Assembly: GCA_964397745.1 (NCBI GenBank)
Contig: CAYNKH010000001.1
Span: forward strand, 20,232 to 84,231
Length of the DNA stretch: 64,000 nucleotides
From: an uncultured Bacteroidales bacterium
GTDB lineage: Bacteria; Bacteroidota; Bacteroidia; Bacteroidales; ML635J-15
Direction of reading: 5' to 3'
The first letter of the stretch is position 1, and each line of letters opens with the position of its first letter. Position numbers and translations under genes: made by a program. Under the pieces are notes generated by a model, which was given only the letters and a program-made list of their open reading frames with translations, searched no databases and was not told where the DNA came from. Below are positions 27,233 to 37,422 of this stretch, piece by piece.

Positions 27233-28201
27233 TTGAAAAAGCGAATAAAATATTTTATAATTATAGCAGTATTTTTTAATACTGTGTTTGATGCTTTTAC
27301 GCAAGAAACTGACACAATAAAAATAAATGTTACTAATACCGTTTATGATACCGTACAAGTTTATAACAATGTCTATAAATACGATACTATTTACGTTGAT
27401 CCTTTTATTGACGCGTATGAGCTATCGCCCTCATATACAGGATTTTGGATGAGTTGGAAAACATATTCAAGTAATATTGGAGAGCTTAAAAATCAGAATA
27501 ATTACACACTCGGATTAGAACTTTCTGCAGTTAAGAATAGATTTTCGTTGTCAGCAGGTTTTTTCTTTACAAAAATTTTAAACGATTTTCAATTTTATGA
27601 CAAATACGAAATAATTGATAGCACAATAAATTATGATATTAATACAAATTCATATTATGAAATAGACACAACAGGTATCGACTTTTATATAACTGAAGAT
27701 ACTGTAATAATAGACAGCACATTCATTCTTGTTAACGACACTACATTTATATACTTAATAGATAGCACTGAAATAACTACATCTGATACCGTATTTCATA
27801 CAGTTTATGATACTACTCAAATCGATACAAGTTTTATCAGAACTGGCAAAATACAATATTTTGAAATTCCATTTATTTTTAGATTTAGAGTTTATCAAAG
27901 CACTAAAATCGAATTACTTGCTGGAGCTGGAATAATTATTGGGATACTTCAGTTCTCGGAGTTTTACTATCGACAGCAGGGAGAAAACCGTATTGTATTA
28001 ATCTCAGAGGAAGTCAAAAGAAAAATTATTCCGTCTATTTGGCTATCTGCGAAACTATCGTATTATCCATTAAAGAATGCAGGCGTTTTTATCGAGCCAC
28101 ATTATAATTTGGGGATAATGTCTCTATTTACATCTGAGTCCAAGCTTTTAATAGTGCCTAATCGTTTTGGAGTAAGATTTGGGATTAATTATAAGTTTTG
28201 A
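27233..28201 (+). CDS. Outer-membrane beta-barrel (porin-family-like) protein
   Basis: 322 aa with a TTG start; an in-frame TAA lies at 27222. Signal peptide is KYFIIIAVFFNTVFDAFTQ. A T/D/I-rich middle region precedes an alternating-hydrophobic C-terminal part ending in GVRFGINYKF, a terminal aromatic typical of OM barrels. Confidence 0.6.
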   Translation: MKKRIKYFIIIAVFFNTVFDAFTQETDTIKINVTNTVYDTVQVYNNVYKYDTIYVDPFIDAYELSPSYTGFWMSWKTYSSNIGELKNQNNYTLGLELSAVKNRFSLSAGFFFTKILNDFQFYDKYEIIDSTINYDINTNSYYEIDTTGIDFYITEDTVIIDSTFILVNDTTFIYLIDSTEITTSDTVFHTVYDTTQIDTSFIRTGKIQYFEIPFIFRFRVYQSTKIELLAGAGIIIGILQFSEFYYRQQGENRIVLISEEVKRKIIPSIWLSAKLSYYPLKNAGVFIEPHYNLGIMSLFTSESKLLIVPNRFGVRFGINYKF

Positions 28202-28740
28202 TTTACGATTATCGGGGCAAAAAAGTGGAGAGATGGGACTTGTCGTTCTTACATCAATTGCGATGCACTGAACTTGCCGAAGGGAGCAACGCCAAAGTGT
28301 CGAAGTGAGCGAAGCCGAGGTTTTCTTGCTTCAAAAATTTAAACAGTGAACAAAATATTGTAAACAGAACAACAGATTTTTCCCTACGGTCGAAACGCCT
28401 GATGTTTAGTGGTGGCAATGAGTCTGCTACAAGAGAATTACAATACAATGATTAAATCTAATTTGTCACTGACTTAACTCCCATATTAAAATGTCATTAC
28501 GAGCGCAGGGAGAAATCTGTTAATTCTTGAGTATAATTTAAATAATTTACTGCTTTTTTAACTAATACCTCTTCCTGAACGCAGAAAAGTTTAACTACAA
28601 GGCATACAAAAGAAAAACAAAGGGTACAAAGGAGGAAGAGTGAAGAGTTAAACTCGCCCACGATACCCCCCCTAACCCTAACGCTGGGTCCAACAGGAGT
28701 GTAGGCTTCCCATAAGAGGGAACAACAGGGTGCGGGTAGG
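28202..28740. repeat. Gene-free repeat island (mosaic of dispersed modules)
   Basis: Contains CGAAGTGAGCGAAGCCGAGG (28301-28320; compare 55440-55470). There is a degenerate tccctacgg module (~28389). GTCATTACGAGCGCAGGGAG sits at ~28494. The minus-strand block 28665-28740 is homologous to 55288-55380. ORFs 28254-28448 and 28497-28781 look like translation of repeats. Confidence 0.6.
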
Positions 28741-28772
28741 AAAAAAGTAAAAAGTGCTGCACATCGCAGCAC
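28741..28772 (-). terminator. Rho-independent terminator of sod
   Basis: On the minus strand, GTGCTGC-gatgt-GCAGCAC (28772-28754) is followed by TTTTTACTTTTTT. It begins 18 nt after the sod stop. Confidence 0.75.
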
Positions 28773-28789
28773 TCTACACAAAAATCAGA

Positions 28790-29482
28790 TTACAATAATT
28801 TAATTTTAGATTTTGCCTCTTTATAGTTTTCTTCAACTTTTGTCCAATCTAAAACATTCCAAATTGCATTAAGATAATCTGGTCGTTTATTTTGATATTG
28901 CAGATAATATGCGTGTTCCCAAACATCAATTCCGAGAATTGGGATTCCTCGCACTTTTGCTATATCCATTAAAGGATTATCTTGATTAGGAGTTGAAACT
29001 ACTGCAAGTTTTCCTTTTTTAGTTAATATTAACCAAGCCCAACCAGAACCAAATTGAGTAGCACCAGCTTTTTCTAATTCAAGTTTAAGATTTTCAAAAT
29101 TTCCAAACTCTTCATTTATCATTTTGGATAAATCTCCGTCTGGTTTAGATTTTGCATTTGGTGATAGAATATCCCAAAATAGTGTGTGGTTGTAATGTCC
29201 TCCACCATTATTGCGTACACCAGTATTAAATTTACTGACATTCAACATAAGATACTCTAGACCATGTTTTTCGGCTTCAGTTCCTTTAATTGCAGCATTA
29301 AGTTTGTTTACATACCCTTGATGGTGCTTTGTGTAATGGACTTCCATTGTTTTGGCGTCTATGTGAGGCTCTAAAGCACGATATTCATAATTTAATTTTG
29401 GTAATTCATGCACTTGTGCACTTAAACCGCTTGGTATCGCAAAAAAGATTAATAATGTTTTACTAAATATCTGTTTATTCAT
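28790..29482 (-). CDS. sod: Mn/Fe superoxide dismutase with N-terminal signal peptide (predicted exported)
   Basis: Motifs are HYTKHHQGYVNKLN, GGGHYNHTLFW (Mn-type signature) and DVWEHAYYLQYQNKRPDYL. A 22-24 aa hydrophobic leader (MNKQIFSKTLLIFFAIPSGLSAQ) precedes the usual ELPKL N-terminus. Confidence 0.9.
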   Translation of the reverse strand: MNKQIFSKTLLIFFAIPSGLSAQVHELPKLNYEYRALEPHIDAKTMEVHYTKHHQGYVNKLNAAIKGTEAEKHGLEYLMLNVSKFNTGVRNNGGGHYNHTLFWDILSPNAKSKPDGDLSKMINEEFGNFENLKLELEKAGATQFGSGWAWLILTKKGKLAVVSTPNQDNPLMDIAKVRGIPILGIDVWEHAYYLQYQNKRPDYLNAIWNVLDWTKVEENYKEAKSKIKLL

Positions 29483-29694
29483 GACTTTTATATTTTTAAT
29501 GTTTGATATTATAAACAGGCTTATTTAGAATTTGTTTAAATAGAGGGTTTTTTTTAGCGTTTTTTGATTATTAAGACATGTATAATGGTTTGTCAAATAA
29601 TAAAGTAAGCAAGTAAAAATGCCTTGTTTATTGTTTGGCAATTTCTAAAACTGTTTTTGTTTATAAATTTAAGAAGTAGCTAAGTATAATTTTT

Positions 29695-29702
29695 TAACTT
29701 TG
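29695..29702 (+). promoter_or_regulatory. Candidate -7 box (TAACTTTG) for ruvB
   Basis: Matches TAnnTTTG, 18 nt upstream of the ATG at 29721. Confidence 0.35.
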
Positions 29703-29720
29703 TAAACTAAAAGAAATTGC

Positions 29721-30743
29721 ATGGATAATTATATTCGTCCTGCTTCGGAAGAATTGACCAATCTTGATAAGGAATTTGAAAAGACCTTACGACCTTTGGA
29801 TTTTATAGATTTTAGTGGGCAGGAAAATATTGTTGAGAATTTAAAAGTTTTTGTTACAGCGGCAAATATGCGCGATGAAGCTTTAGACCATGTTTTATTG
29901 CATGGTCCTCCAGGCTTAGGCAAAACCACTCTTGCGAATATAATTGCTAATGAGTTAGATGTAGGATTTAAAGTTTCATCTGGACCTGTTTTAGACAAAC
30001 CTGGAGATTTAGCTGGACTGCTCACTAGTTTAGATGCCAATGATGTCTTATTTATTGATGAAATTCATCGTTTAAATCCAATTGTAGAAGAGTATTTATA
30101 TTCTGCAATGGAAGATTATCGCATAGATATAATGATAGATAAAGGTCCAGCGGCTCGTTCTGTGCAAATACCTTTAGAACCGTTTACTCTTATTGGAGCC
30201 ACTACTCGTTCGGGTTTATTAACAAGTCCTTTAAGAGCAAGATTTGGTATTAATTGTCATCTTAATTATTATACCACCAAAATTTTAGATAAAATCATTA
30301 AACGTTCTGCCTCAATTCTTGATGTTCCGATAATTGATGATGCAGCGGCCGAAATAGCCCGAAGAAGTCGTGGCACACCGCGTATTGCTAATGCACTTTT
30401 AAGACGAGTAAGAGATTTTGCTCAAGTAAAAGGAGACGGAACAATTGATATTAAAATTTCAAAATATGCTTTGGAGGCTTTAAATATTGATAAATATGGA
30501 TTAGATGAAATGGATAACAAAGTGTTGCTAGCAATTGTTGATAAATTTGCTGGAGGTCCAGTAGGATTAAAAACCATTGCTACTGCAGTTGGCGAAGACG
30601 AAGGAACAATAGAAGAAGTATATGAACCGTTTTTAATTATGGAGGGTTTTATTAAACGAACGCCACGAGGACGCGAAGCTACCGAAAAAGCGTATCATCA
30701 TTTGAACAAAACGAATCCTGATATTCAACGAAAATTATTTTAA
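29721..30743 (+). CDS. ruvB: Holliday junction branch-migration helicase RuvB
   Basis: 340 aa with Walker [12 protein letters not shown], Walker [10 protein letters not shown] and the [18 protein letters not shown] motif. Confidence 0.95.
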   Translation: MDNYIRPASEELTNLDKEFEKTLRPLDFIDFSGQENIVENLKVFVTAANMRDEALDHVLLHGPPGLGKTTLANIIANELDVGFKVSSGPVLDKPGDLAGLLTSLDANDVLFIDEIHRLNPIVEEYLYSAMEDYRIDIMIDKGPAARSVQIPLEPFTLIGATTRSGLLTSPLRARFGINCHLNYYTTKILDKIIKRSASILDVPIIDDAAAEIARRSRGTPRIANALLRRVRDFAQVKGDGTIDIKISKYALEALNIDKYGLDEMDNKVLLAIVDKFAGGPVGLKTIATAVGEDEGTIEEVYEPFLIMEGFIKRTPRGREATEKAYHHLNKTNPDIQRKLF

Positions 30744-30745
30744 TT

Positions 30746-33091
30746 ATGAAAAAGATTGTATTATTTTTATTCTCAATTATCCTTACTACATTAGGCTTTT
30801 CACAAAAATATCACAGCGATATTATTGACGTTAAAGAATATCTAATTGTCCTTGACATTACTGATATTACTGGTGCATATATTGAAGGCTATACAAGTTT
30901 ACGATTATCGCCAGTGCAAGAAAATACAAATCTATTTTTACTCGACTTGCAAAACCTTGCCATAGATTCGATTACATGCAACCAGTCAGAACTCAACGGA
31001 TACACATATAACGATACTCTTATAAGCATTGATCTCTCAAATAGTTTTAATCCCACTGACGAAATTACCATTAATGTTTATTATCATGGTAATCCTCAAA
31101 AAGACCCATCTGGTTGGGGCGGTTTTTATTTTATGAATGGATACGCATTTAATCTTGGTGTAGGTTTTGACGATATCCCTCATAATTATGGCAGAGTATG
31201 GTTTCCTTGTAATGATGATTTTACTGATAGAGCGATATATAAAACAATTATTACTACTCAGCAAAATCATACCGCAGTTTGTGGCGGAGAGTTGATACAG
31301 GTTACTGAAAATAATGCTGAGCAAACAAAAACTTATGAGTGGCATCTCGATTATGAAGTACCAACATATCTTGTTTCTGTTGCGGTCGGAGAATACAGGT
31401 TACTGTCGCATATTTATGAAGGAATAGAAGCGAATATTCCAGTTGAGTTTTATATTTACCCTGGAGATAGCGTACGAACAGCAAACTCTTTTGTTAATAT
31501 TGATAGCGTTTTGCGAATTTACGAAACAAAATATGGTGCATATCCATGGAATAGAGTCGGATTTGTTTCGGTGCCTTTTAACAGTGGAGCTATGGAGCAT
31601 GTAACAAATATAGCTATGGGCAGAGGTTTTATTGACGGGACTCTTAATTACGAAGACTTGTTTTATCACGAATTAGCTCATATGTGGTTTGGAGATTTAA
31701 TTACTTGCTCCTCGGCAGAAGATATGTGGATAAACGAAGGTTGGGCAACATACAACGAAACTGTTTATAAAGAATACTTATATGGTATCGATGCTGCAAG
31801 AAGATCTCGTAATTATTCTCACGAAAAGGTACTTCGTTATTATCATATTGAAGATGGTGGATTTCATCCTCTTTATCCGATGGATCAAAGTCTAACATAT
31901 TCTAGTACAGTTTATGAAAAAGGTGCAAGTACAGTCCATTCATTACGAGGATATCTTGGAGATGATATGTTTTATAGTGGAATCACTCAATTTTTACAAG
32001 AAAACGCCTATACCTCTCTTTCATCTTATGATATGAGAGATTTTCTTACCGATTTTTCTGGGATAGATATGACAGACTTTTTTGATGCCTGGGTGTTTTC
32101 TCCTGGATTTATACATTATTCAATTGACTCGGCTATTGTTCAACAAAATGGAGCAGAATATGATGTTAGAGTTTATATGCAGCAAAAACTTCGTGGGCGT
32201 GAGACTTATGCTAACTCAAACAGAGTTGAAGTTAGCTTTATGAGACCTGATTATAGTGTGCAAACAGAACTAATGGAATTTGACGGACAATTTGGAGTGC
32301 AAACATTTTCAATCCCTTTCGAGCCTGTTTTAACTTTATGTGATTATAACCAAGTTTTAGGTGATGCCACAGTTGACGAAGTCAAGTTTTTAAAGTCAAC
32401 AGGTTATACACATTATTATTACATGTATTTTATGGCCGATGTAAGAGCAGTAAATGAAAATGATAGTACCTTCTTTCGTGTAACTCACAATTGGGCCGGT
32501 CCCGATGCTTTTAAAACCGAAATCCCAGGGCTTAATATTGCTGACCATAGATACTGGACTATCGAAACATTGCAAACAGGGGTGTTTAAAGCAAAAGCAC
32601 GTTTTACTTACAATAATAGCCTTAATCAAAATGGATATATTGATAATGACTTTATTACAAACAGTCTCGATTCTTTAGTGCTATTATATCGCCCGAATAA
32701 AGCTGCCGATTGGAATATTGAGCCTGCAAACCACTCCCCAATACTTAAAACTTTTACTGTTGATTCAGTTAAGTCGGGTGAATACTCTATAGCTTTGTGG
32801 GACTGGGATTTATATACAGATATGAGGAATCAGAGGGTTATTGTAAATCTTGCAGATATTTATCCAAATCCAAATACTGGTAATTTTTATTTAAAAACAG
32901 AGGAAGATTATTCTGGAACTGCACAAATAATAAATAATATCGGAGAAATTATCTATCAGAAGAGTATTCAAAATACAGATACTAACATTAGGTTTGAGCT
33001 TAGAAATATACCAGATGGATTGTATTTTATAAAATTGATTGATGATAAAACTAATAAAGTTATAGTAAAAAAAATAATTGTTCAAAAATAG
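30746..33091 (+). CDS. M1 family metallopeptidase (aminopeptidase N-like) with T9SS C-terminal sorting domain
   Basis: It has a signal peptide, the GAMEH exopeptidase motif, and HELAHMWFGD-x18-E (NEGWATY) as zinc site. The C-terminus is IYPNPNTGNFYLK...GLYFIKLIDD. It starts 2 nt after the ruvB stop. Confidence 0.85.
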   Translation: MKKIVLFLFSIILTTLGFSQKYHSDIIDVKEYLIVLDITDITGAYIEGYTSLRLSPVQENTNLFLLDLQNLAIDSITCNQSELNGYTYNDTLISIDLSNSFNPTDEITINVYYHGNPQKDPSGWGGFYFMNGYAFNLGVGFDDIPHNYGRVWFPCNDDFTDRAIYKTIITTQQNHTAVCGGELIQVTENNAEQTKTYEWHLDYEVPTYLVSVAVGEYRLLSHIYEGIEANIPVEFYIYPGDSVRTANSFVNIDSVLRIYETKYGAYPWNRVGFVSVPFNSGAMEHVTNIAMGRGFIDGTLNYEDLFYHELAHMWFGDLITCSSAEDMWINEGWATYNETVYKEYLYGIDAARRSRNYSHEKVLRYYHIEDGGFHPLYPMDQSLTYSSTVYEKGASTVHSLRGYLGDDMFYSGITQFLQENAYTSLSSYDMRDFLTDFSGIDMTDFFDAWVFSPGFIHYSIDSAIVQQNGAEYDVRVYMQQKLRGRETYANSNRVEVSFMRPDYSVQTELMEFDGQFGVQTFSIPFEPVLTLCDYNQVLGDATVDEVKFLKSTGYTHYYYMYFMADVRAVNENDSTFFRVTHNWAGPDAFKTEIPGLNIADHRYWTIETLQTGVFKAKARFTYNNSLNQNGYIDNDFITNSLDSLVLLYRPNKAADWNIEPANHSPILKTFTVDSVKSGEYSIALWDWDLYTDMRNQRVIVNLADIYPNPNTGNFYLKTEEDYSGTAQIINNIGEIIYQKSIQNTDTNIRFELRNIPDGLYFIKLIDDKTNKVIVKKIIVQK

Positions 33092-33100
33092 GATTAAATT

Positions 33101-34393
33101 ATGAGTTTTGTTAAAGAGTTGGAATGGAGAGGCATGATACGTGATATAATGCCAGGAACCGAAGATTTATTAAAGAAGGAATTTGTTACAGCTTATGTGG
33201 GTATAGATCCAACAGCAGACTCCTTGCACATTGGTCATTTGGTGAGTATAATGATGTTGAAACATTTACAATTGAGCGGACATAGACCTATTGTGGTATT
33301 GGGCGGAGCAACTGGAATGATTGGAGACCCTAGTGGGAAATCTCAAGAACGTAATTTATTAGACGAAAAAACTTTAAGACATAATCAGAAAGCTATTAAA
33401 AATCAAATTTCTAAATTTCTCGATCTTGATACCGATAATAAAAACAAAGCAGAATTGGTTAATAATTACGATTGGATGAGCAAGTTCTCATTCCTTGACT
33501 TTATTCGCGACATTGGTAAACATCTTACTGTGAACTATATGATGTCGAAAGACTCTGTAAAAAAACGAATAACGGGCGAAGATAAAAGCGGTATGTCATT
33601 TACTGAATTTACATATCAGTTGGTGCAGGGCTACGATTTTTTGCATTTGTACACAAACTATGATTGTAAATTGCAGATGGGTGGTAGCGACCAATGGGGA
33701 AATATTACTACTGGAGCAGAATTAATACGCCGCAAAATAGGAGGGGAGGCTTTTGCTCTTACCTGCCCCCTTATTACAAAAGCTGATGGCGGTAAATTTG
33801 GAAAAACTGAATCTGGAAATATTTGGCTAGACCCCGAACGTACAAGTCCATATTCGTTTTATCAATTTTGGCTTAATGTATCAGATGAAGATGCAGTTAA
33901 ATACATCAAAATATTTACCATTTTAAACCAAACTACAATAGACAATATTGTAAATCAACATAATGAATCACCGCATTTAAGAATACTTCAAAAACGACTT
34001 GCCGAAGAAATTACAACAATGGTGCATTCAAAAGAAGAACTCCAAACGGTAATCGAAGCATCAGAAATCCTATTCGGAAAATCTACAAGCGAAAGTTTAA
34101 AAAAACTTGATGAAAGAACTTTTTTAAGCGTATTTGAAGGTGTGCCAATGTACGAAGTAAACAAATCTGATATCGAAAATGGAGTAAATGTTTTTGATTT
34201 ATTAACAGATTACACAGAGATTTTTCCATCAAAAGGAGAACTCCGTAGAACAATTCAAGGAAACGGATTGAGCATTAATAAAGAAAAGTACACAGACCTT
34301 GAAGGAAAAATAAACTCATCATTTTTAATTAATAGTAAATATATCTTAATTCAGAAAGGTAAAAAAAATTACTTTTTGATTTTAACTAAATAA
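33101..34393 (+). CDS. tyrS: Tyrosine--tRNA ligase
   Basis: 430 aa with a HIGH-type motif (DSLHIGHL), a KMSKS-type motif (KFGKT) and a C-terminal S4-like domain. Confidence 0.95.
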   Translation: MSFVKELEWRGMIRDIMPGTEDLLKKEFVTAYVGIDPTADSLHIGHLVSIMMLKHLQLSGHRPIVVLGGATGMIGDPSGKSQERNLLDEKTLRHNQKAIKNQISKFLDLDTDNKNKAELVNNYDWMSKFSFLDFIRDIGKHLTVNYMMSKDSVKKRITGEDKSGMSFTEFTYQLVQGYDFLHLYTNYDCKLQMGGSDQWGNITTGAELIRRKIGGEAFALTCPLITKADGGKFGKTESGNIWLDPERTSPYSFYQFWLNVSDEDAVKYIKIFTILNQTTIDNIVNQHNESPHLRILQKRLAEEITTMVHSKEELQTVIEASEILFGKSTSESLKKLDERTFLSVFEGVPMYEVNKSDIENGVNVFDLLTDYTEIFPSKGELRRTIQGNGLSINKEKYTDLEGKINSSFLINSKYILIQKGKKNYFLILTK

Positions 34394-34438
34394 TACGAAC
34401 TTTGTAATAATTACATTGTTATCAAAACCAAAAGCACT

Positions 34439-35572
34439 ATGAAAAATAAAATTACAATTTTAACAATAGTATTATTCCTGCATGGTTTCGTTTTCTTTGG
34501 CTTTTCGCAGGAAGATGCTACTACAATTTCGAAATATCAGGAGTTCGCATTATTTATTACTGGGCAGGAGTTTCCAGCATCCAACACTGATACCACAATT
34601 GATCGAGCTTTTTGGATAGACTATCAATCTAAAATTAATGAAGACTGGCCAAGTATGGATAGCTCACGCTTAACACCTATGCGTATTTGGAGCAATCAAG
34701 TAATAAAACCTCATATAAATGATAGTTTAACATTGTTTTATCCATTTTCTGGCCCAGATTTTTTACATGCCCACGTTCTGTTTCCAAATGCAAGCGATTA
34801 TCTTTTTCTCGCTCAAGAGCAGCTTGGCGAAATACCTGATATCTCAAATGCAAGTGAGCGAGAGCTTTCAGATTATCTAGATAAGTTTTATTACTCAATA
34901 CGTGATATTTATAAAAGAAGCTATTTTATTACTGGACGAATGAATACAGACTTACATAATGCAAGTATCAAAGGTGTGCTACCTGTGATAATCTTTTTTA
35001 TGTCGCAAACTGAACATGAAATACATGACATAAAATATGAAACCTTTGATGCTAATGGCAATTTTAAAGAACTAAAATCAATTACTGGTAGGTTTTCCGC
35101 AACTGAATGTGTTAAAATATCATTTAGCGAGGCTAAAAGTGAAAAAATAAAAACACTAAGATACTTTCGTTGCGATATCTCCGATAGTGGTTTTGCATCT
35201 ACACCGATATTCAAATCATATTTAGACAAACTCGACACGGTAAATACTTATGTCAAATCTGCATCATATTTATTGCATTATGGAACATTTAATATCATTC
35301 GAAATATTATATTAGATAATTCTGAAACAGTTTTGCAAGATGATACAGGTATCCCATTAAAGTATTATGACCCTGCAATATGGACTGCAAAACTTTTTGG
35401 GGTTTATGTGAAACCAATATCCGATTTTACAAGTCCATACCTTATGCAATCTGACCTTAAAGCAATTTATGACAAAGGAGAAGACATTGATTCATTACCA
35501 TTTTCGTTAGGATATCATTGGCGAACAGGAGAACAAAATCAAATGTTTTTTATAAGAAACAAAACAGAATAA
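34439..35572 (+). CDS. Hypothetical secreted protein
   Basis: 377 aa with an N-terminal signal (ITILTIVLFLHGFVFFGFSQ). I recognise no family motif. Confidence 0.55.
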   Translation: MKNKITILTIVLFLHGFVFFGFSQEDATTISKYQEFALFITGQEFPASNTDTTIDRAFWIDYQSKINEDWPSMDSSRLTPMRIWSNQVIKPHINDSLTLFYPFSGPDFLHAHVLFPNASDYLFLAQEQLGEIPDISNASERELSDYLDKFYYSIRDIYKRSYFITGRMNTDLHNASIKGVLPVIIFFMSQTEHEIHDIKYETFDANGNFKELKSITGRFSATECVKISFSEAKSEKIKTLRYFRCDISDSGFASTPIFKSYLDKLDTVNTYVKSASYLLHYGTFNIIRNIILDNSETVLQDDTGIPLKYYDPAIWTAKLFGVYVKPISDFTSPYLMQSDLKAIYDKGEDIDSLPFSLGYHWRTGEQNQMFFIRNKTE

Positions 35573-35583
35573 AACAACTAATA

Positions 35584-36165
35584 ATGTCAAAAAGAGCCTT
35601 AAAAAAGGGAACTATGGTTTATCCATTGCCCGCAGTAATGGTAAGTTGTGGATCGACACTCGAAGAATATAATATTATTACTATAGCATGGACAGGAACA
35701 ATTTGTTCTAATCCGCCAATGTGTTATATATCTGTACGAAAAAACAGACATTCGCACAAAATAATTGCGAAAAATATGGAGTTTGTTATTAACCTAACCA
35801 ATAGTAAACTCGCTTATGCTACGGATTGGTGTGGTGTAAAGTCTGGTGACAAACACAACAAATTTAAAGAAATGAAGCTTACTCCTGCCAAAGCTCAAGA
35901 AGTTTCGTGTCCAATAATTGAAGAATCGCCACTTAATATTGAGTGTAAAGTAACACAAATTATAGAGTTAGGTTCGCACGATATGTTTATTGCAGAAGTT
36001 CTTGCGGTTAATGCAGACGAAGCTCACTTTGATAAAGAAACTGACCAGTTTTATCTTGCAAATGCAGAAATGATGTGCTATTTGCATGGTAAATACTATA
36101 ATGTTGGAAAAAAAATTGGTAAGTTTGGGCATGCTGTTCAAGGTACAGGTAAAAAGAAAAAATAA
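35584..36165 (+). CDS. Flavin reductase family protein (FMN-binding split barrel)
   Basis: The N-terminus YPLPAVMVSCG...NIITIAWTGT.CS.PPM is typical of flavin reductase-like domain proteins. I use the ATG at 35584; the track start at 35518 would overlap the upstream gene. Confidence 0.75.
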   Translation: MSKRALKKGTMVYPLPAVMVSCGSTLEEYNIITIAWTGTICSNPPMCYISVRKNRHSHKIIAKNMEFVINLTNSKLAYATDWCGVKSGDKHNKFKEMKLTPAKAQEVSCPIIEESPLNIECKVTQIIELGSHDMFIAEVLAVNADEAHFDKETDQFYLANAEMMCYLHGKYYNVGKKIGKFGHAVQGTGKKKK

Positions 36166-36227
36166 GGTTTACAATTATAGTTGTGAACATTTGCTTGTTT
36201 TATGTGTTATGAAGGTAAAATTATATT

Positions 36228-36653
36228 ATGGACACAGTTGATATTAAATGGAATGAACAAATGTCTTTCACTGTTGATGTGGATGGACACTCGTGTGTAA
36301 TTGATGCAAAAACAGATGTTGGAGGATTAGATGAAGGACCAAGACCAAAACCCCTGTTGTTATCTGCTCTTGGTGGTTGTACTGCAATGGACGTGATTTC
36401 TATTTTGCGAAAAATGCGGATTGAACCAGAAAGTTTTCAGGTTGTTGTTGATGGCGAGTTAACAGAGGAGCATCCAAAACATTATCACACAATTATTATA
36501 AAATATGTTTTGATAGGGGAAAATATTAAGCCCGAAAATGTTAAAAAAGCAGTTAAACTTTCAGAAGAGTCTTATTGTGGAGTTAGCCATGTGCTAAAAA
36601 AAGCAATAGAAATAAAGACTGAAATATATATAAATGGGGAAAATATTGAGTAA
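36228..36653 (+). CDS. OsmC family peroxiredoxin-like protein
   Basis: 141 aa with two conserved cysteine contexts (LSALGGCTAMDV and SEESYCGVSHVL), as in OsmC/Ohr family proteins. Confidence 0.8.
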   Translation: MDTVDIKWNEQMSFTVDVDGHSCVIDAKTDVGGLDEGPRPKPLLLSALGGCTAMDVISILRKMRIEPESFQVVVDGELTEEHPKHYHTIIIKYVLIGENIKPENVKKAVKLSEESYCGVSHVLKKAIEIKTEIYINGENIE

Positions 36654-36692
36654 AAATTATATTTCCTCATCTTTTACATTTGTCAGTAGCAC

Positions 36693-36716
36693 AGACACTC
36701 TTGTGTCTTTTTTTTT
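36693..36716. terminator. Rho-independent terminator between convergent genes
   Basis: AGACAC-tctt-GTGTCT is followed by T9 (36709-36717). It lies 40 nt after the OsmC stop and abuts the stop of the minus-strand lipoprotein gene. Confidence 0.7.
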
Positions 36717-36719
36717 AAC

Positions 36720-37406
36720 TTATTCTCTAACTTCAATATCGGTTTTTTTTGTTTGATATATTCCAGAGCATGATGCTCCAGCAGAGCTTGTTTCTTGAGG
36801 AGTTATTTCGGTTTTTCTTCTTAGATATATGGTGTTTGTTCCGACACTTAACCTATTCGTCTGGTTAGCTGGAATTATAATTGATGTTGCACCTGATGTG
36901 TTTTGATAAACGTTTATAAAATCATCTTCCAATATACCGTCGATATAAATAAGAATGCTTTCTTCTTGAGCAAGTGGCTCTCCAATAAAATCAAGTGTAA
37001 ATGAGTTTCCTTTTATTATTGTGTCAGGATGTTCTGGCAATCCAATTTCGTTGATGTAAATTTCATTAAGAAAACTATTCATGTCGGTATCTGTAAATAT
37101 ATACCTCGCAGAGTCTATAAAACCCTCAAATTCTTTTTCATAGTAAGCCAAGGCTGATTTGAAGCGTAGTAGTTGGTTATTACAAATAATCTTGCTTGGG
37201 TCAGATAACTCTAGTTTTGTTCCAGTAATGCCTCCAAAAAAGAAGGAAGCCCGTGCATAAGTAATATCAGCTGATTGATTATATACCATTTCGTAATTTA
37301 CGTATATTCTATCCTGATTAACATCCGAACTGTTTTCACGCTCACATGAACTAAAAACAAATAAAGCTGCTGCAAAAACAATGCTTATTAAAACTATCTT
37401 TTTCAT
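36720..37406 (-). CDS. Hypothetical lipoprotein
   Basis: I prefer the internal ATG at 37406, giving MKKIVLISIVFAAALFVFSSCEREN (a lipobox-like FSSC). The longer track ORF would overlap prmC. Confidence 0.6.
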   Translation of the reverse strand: MKKIVLISIVFAAALFVFSSCERENSSDVNQDRIYVNYEMVYNQSADITYARASFFFGGITGTKLELSDPSKIICNNQLLRFKSALAYYEKEFEGFIDSARYIFTDTDMNSFLNEIYINEIGLPEHPDTIIKGNSFTLDFIGEPLAQEESILIYIDGILEDDFINVYQNTSGATSIIIPANQTNRLSVGTNTIYLRRKTEITPQETSSAGASCSGIYQTKKTDIEVRE

Positions 37407-37422
37407 ATTTATTTCATTTGGT

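Noticed and set aside
35518-35583. Longer N-terminal extensions offered by the ORF track (35518, 37460, 41126, 51326, 54470, 11047 starts)
   Set aside because: The extensions overlap upstream genes or add non-conserved residues. Internal ATGs give canonical N-termini (signal peptide, lipobox or conserved family start).
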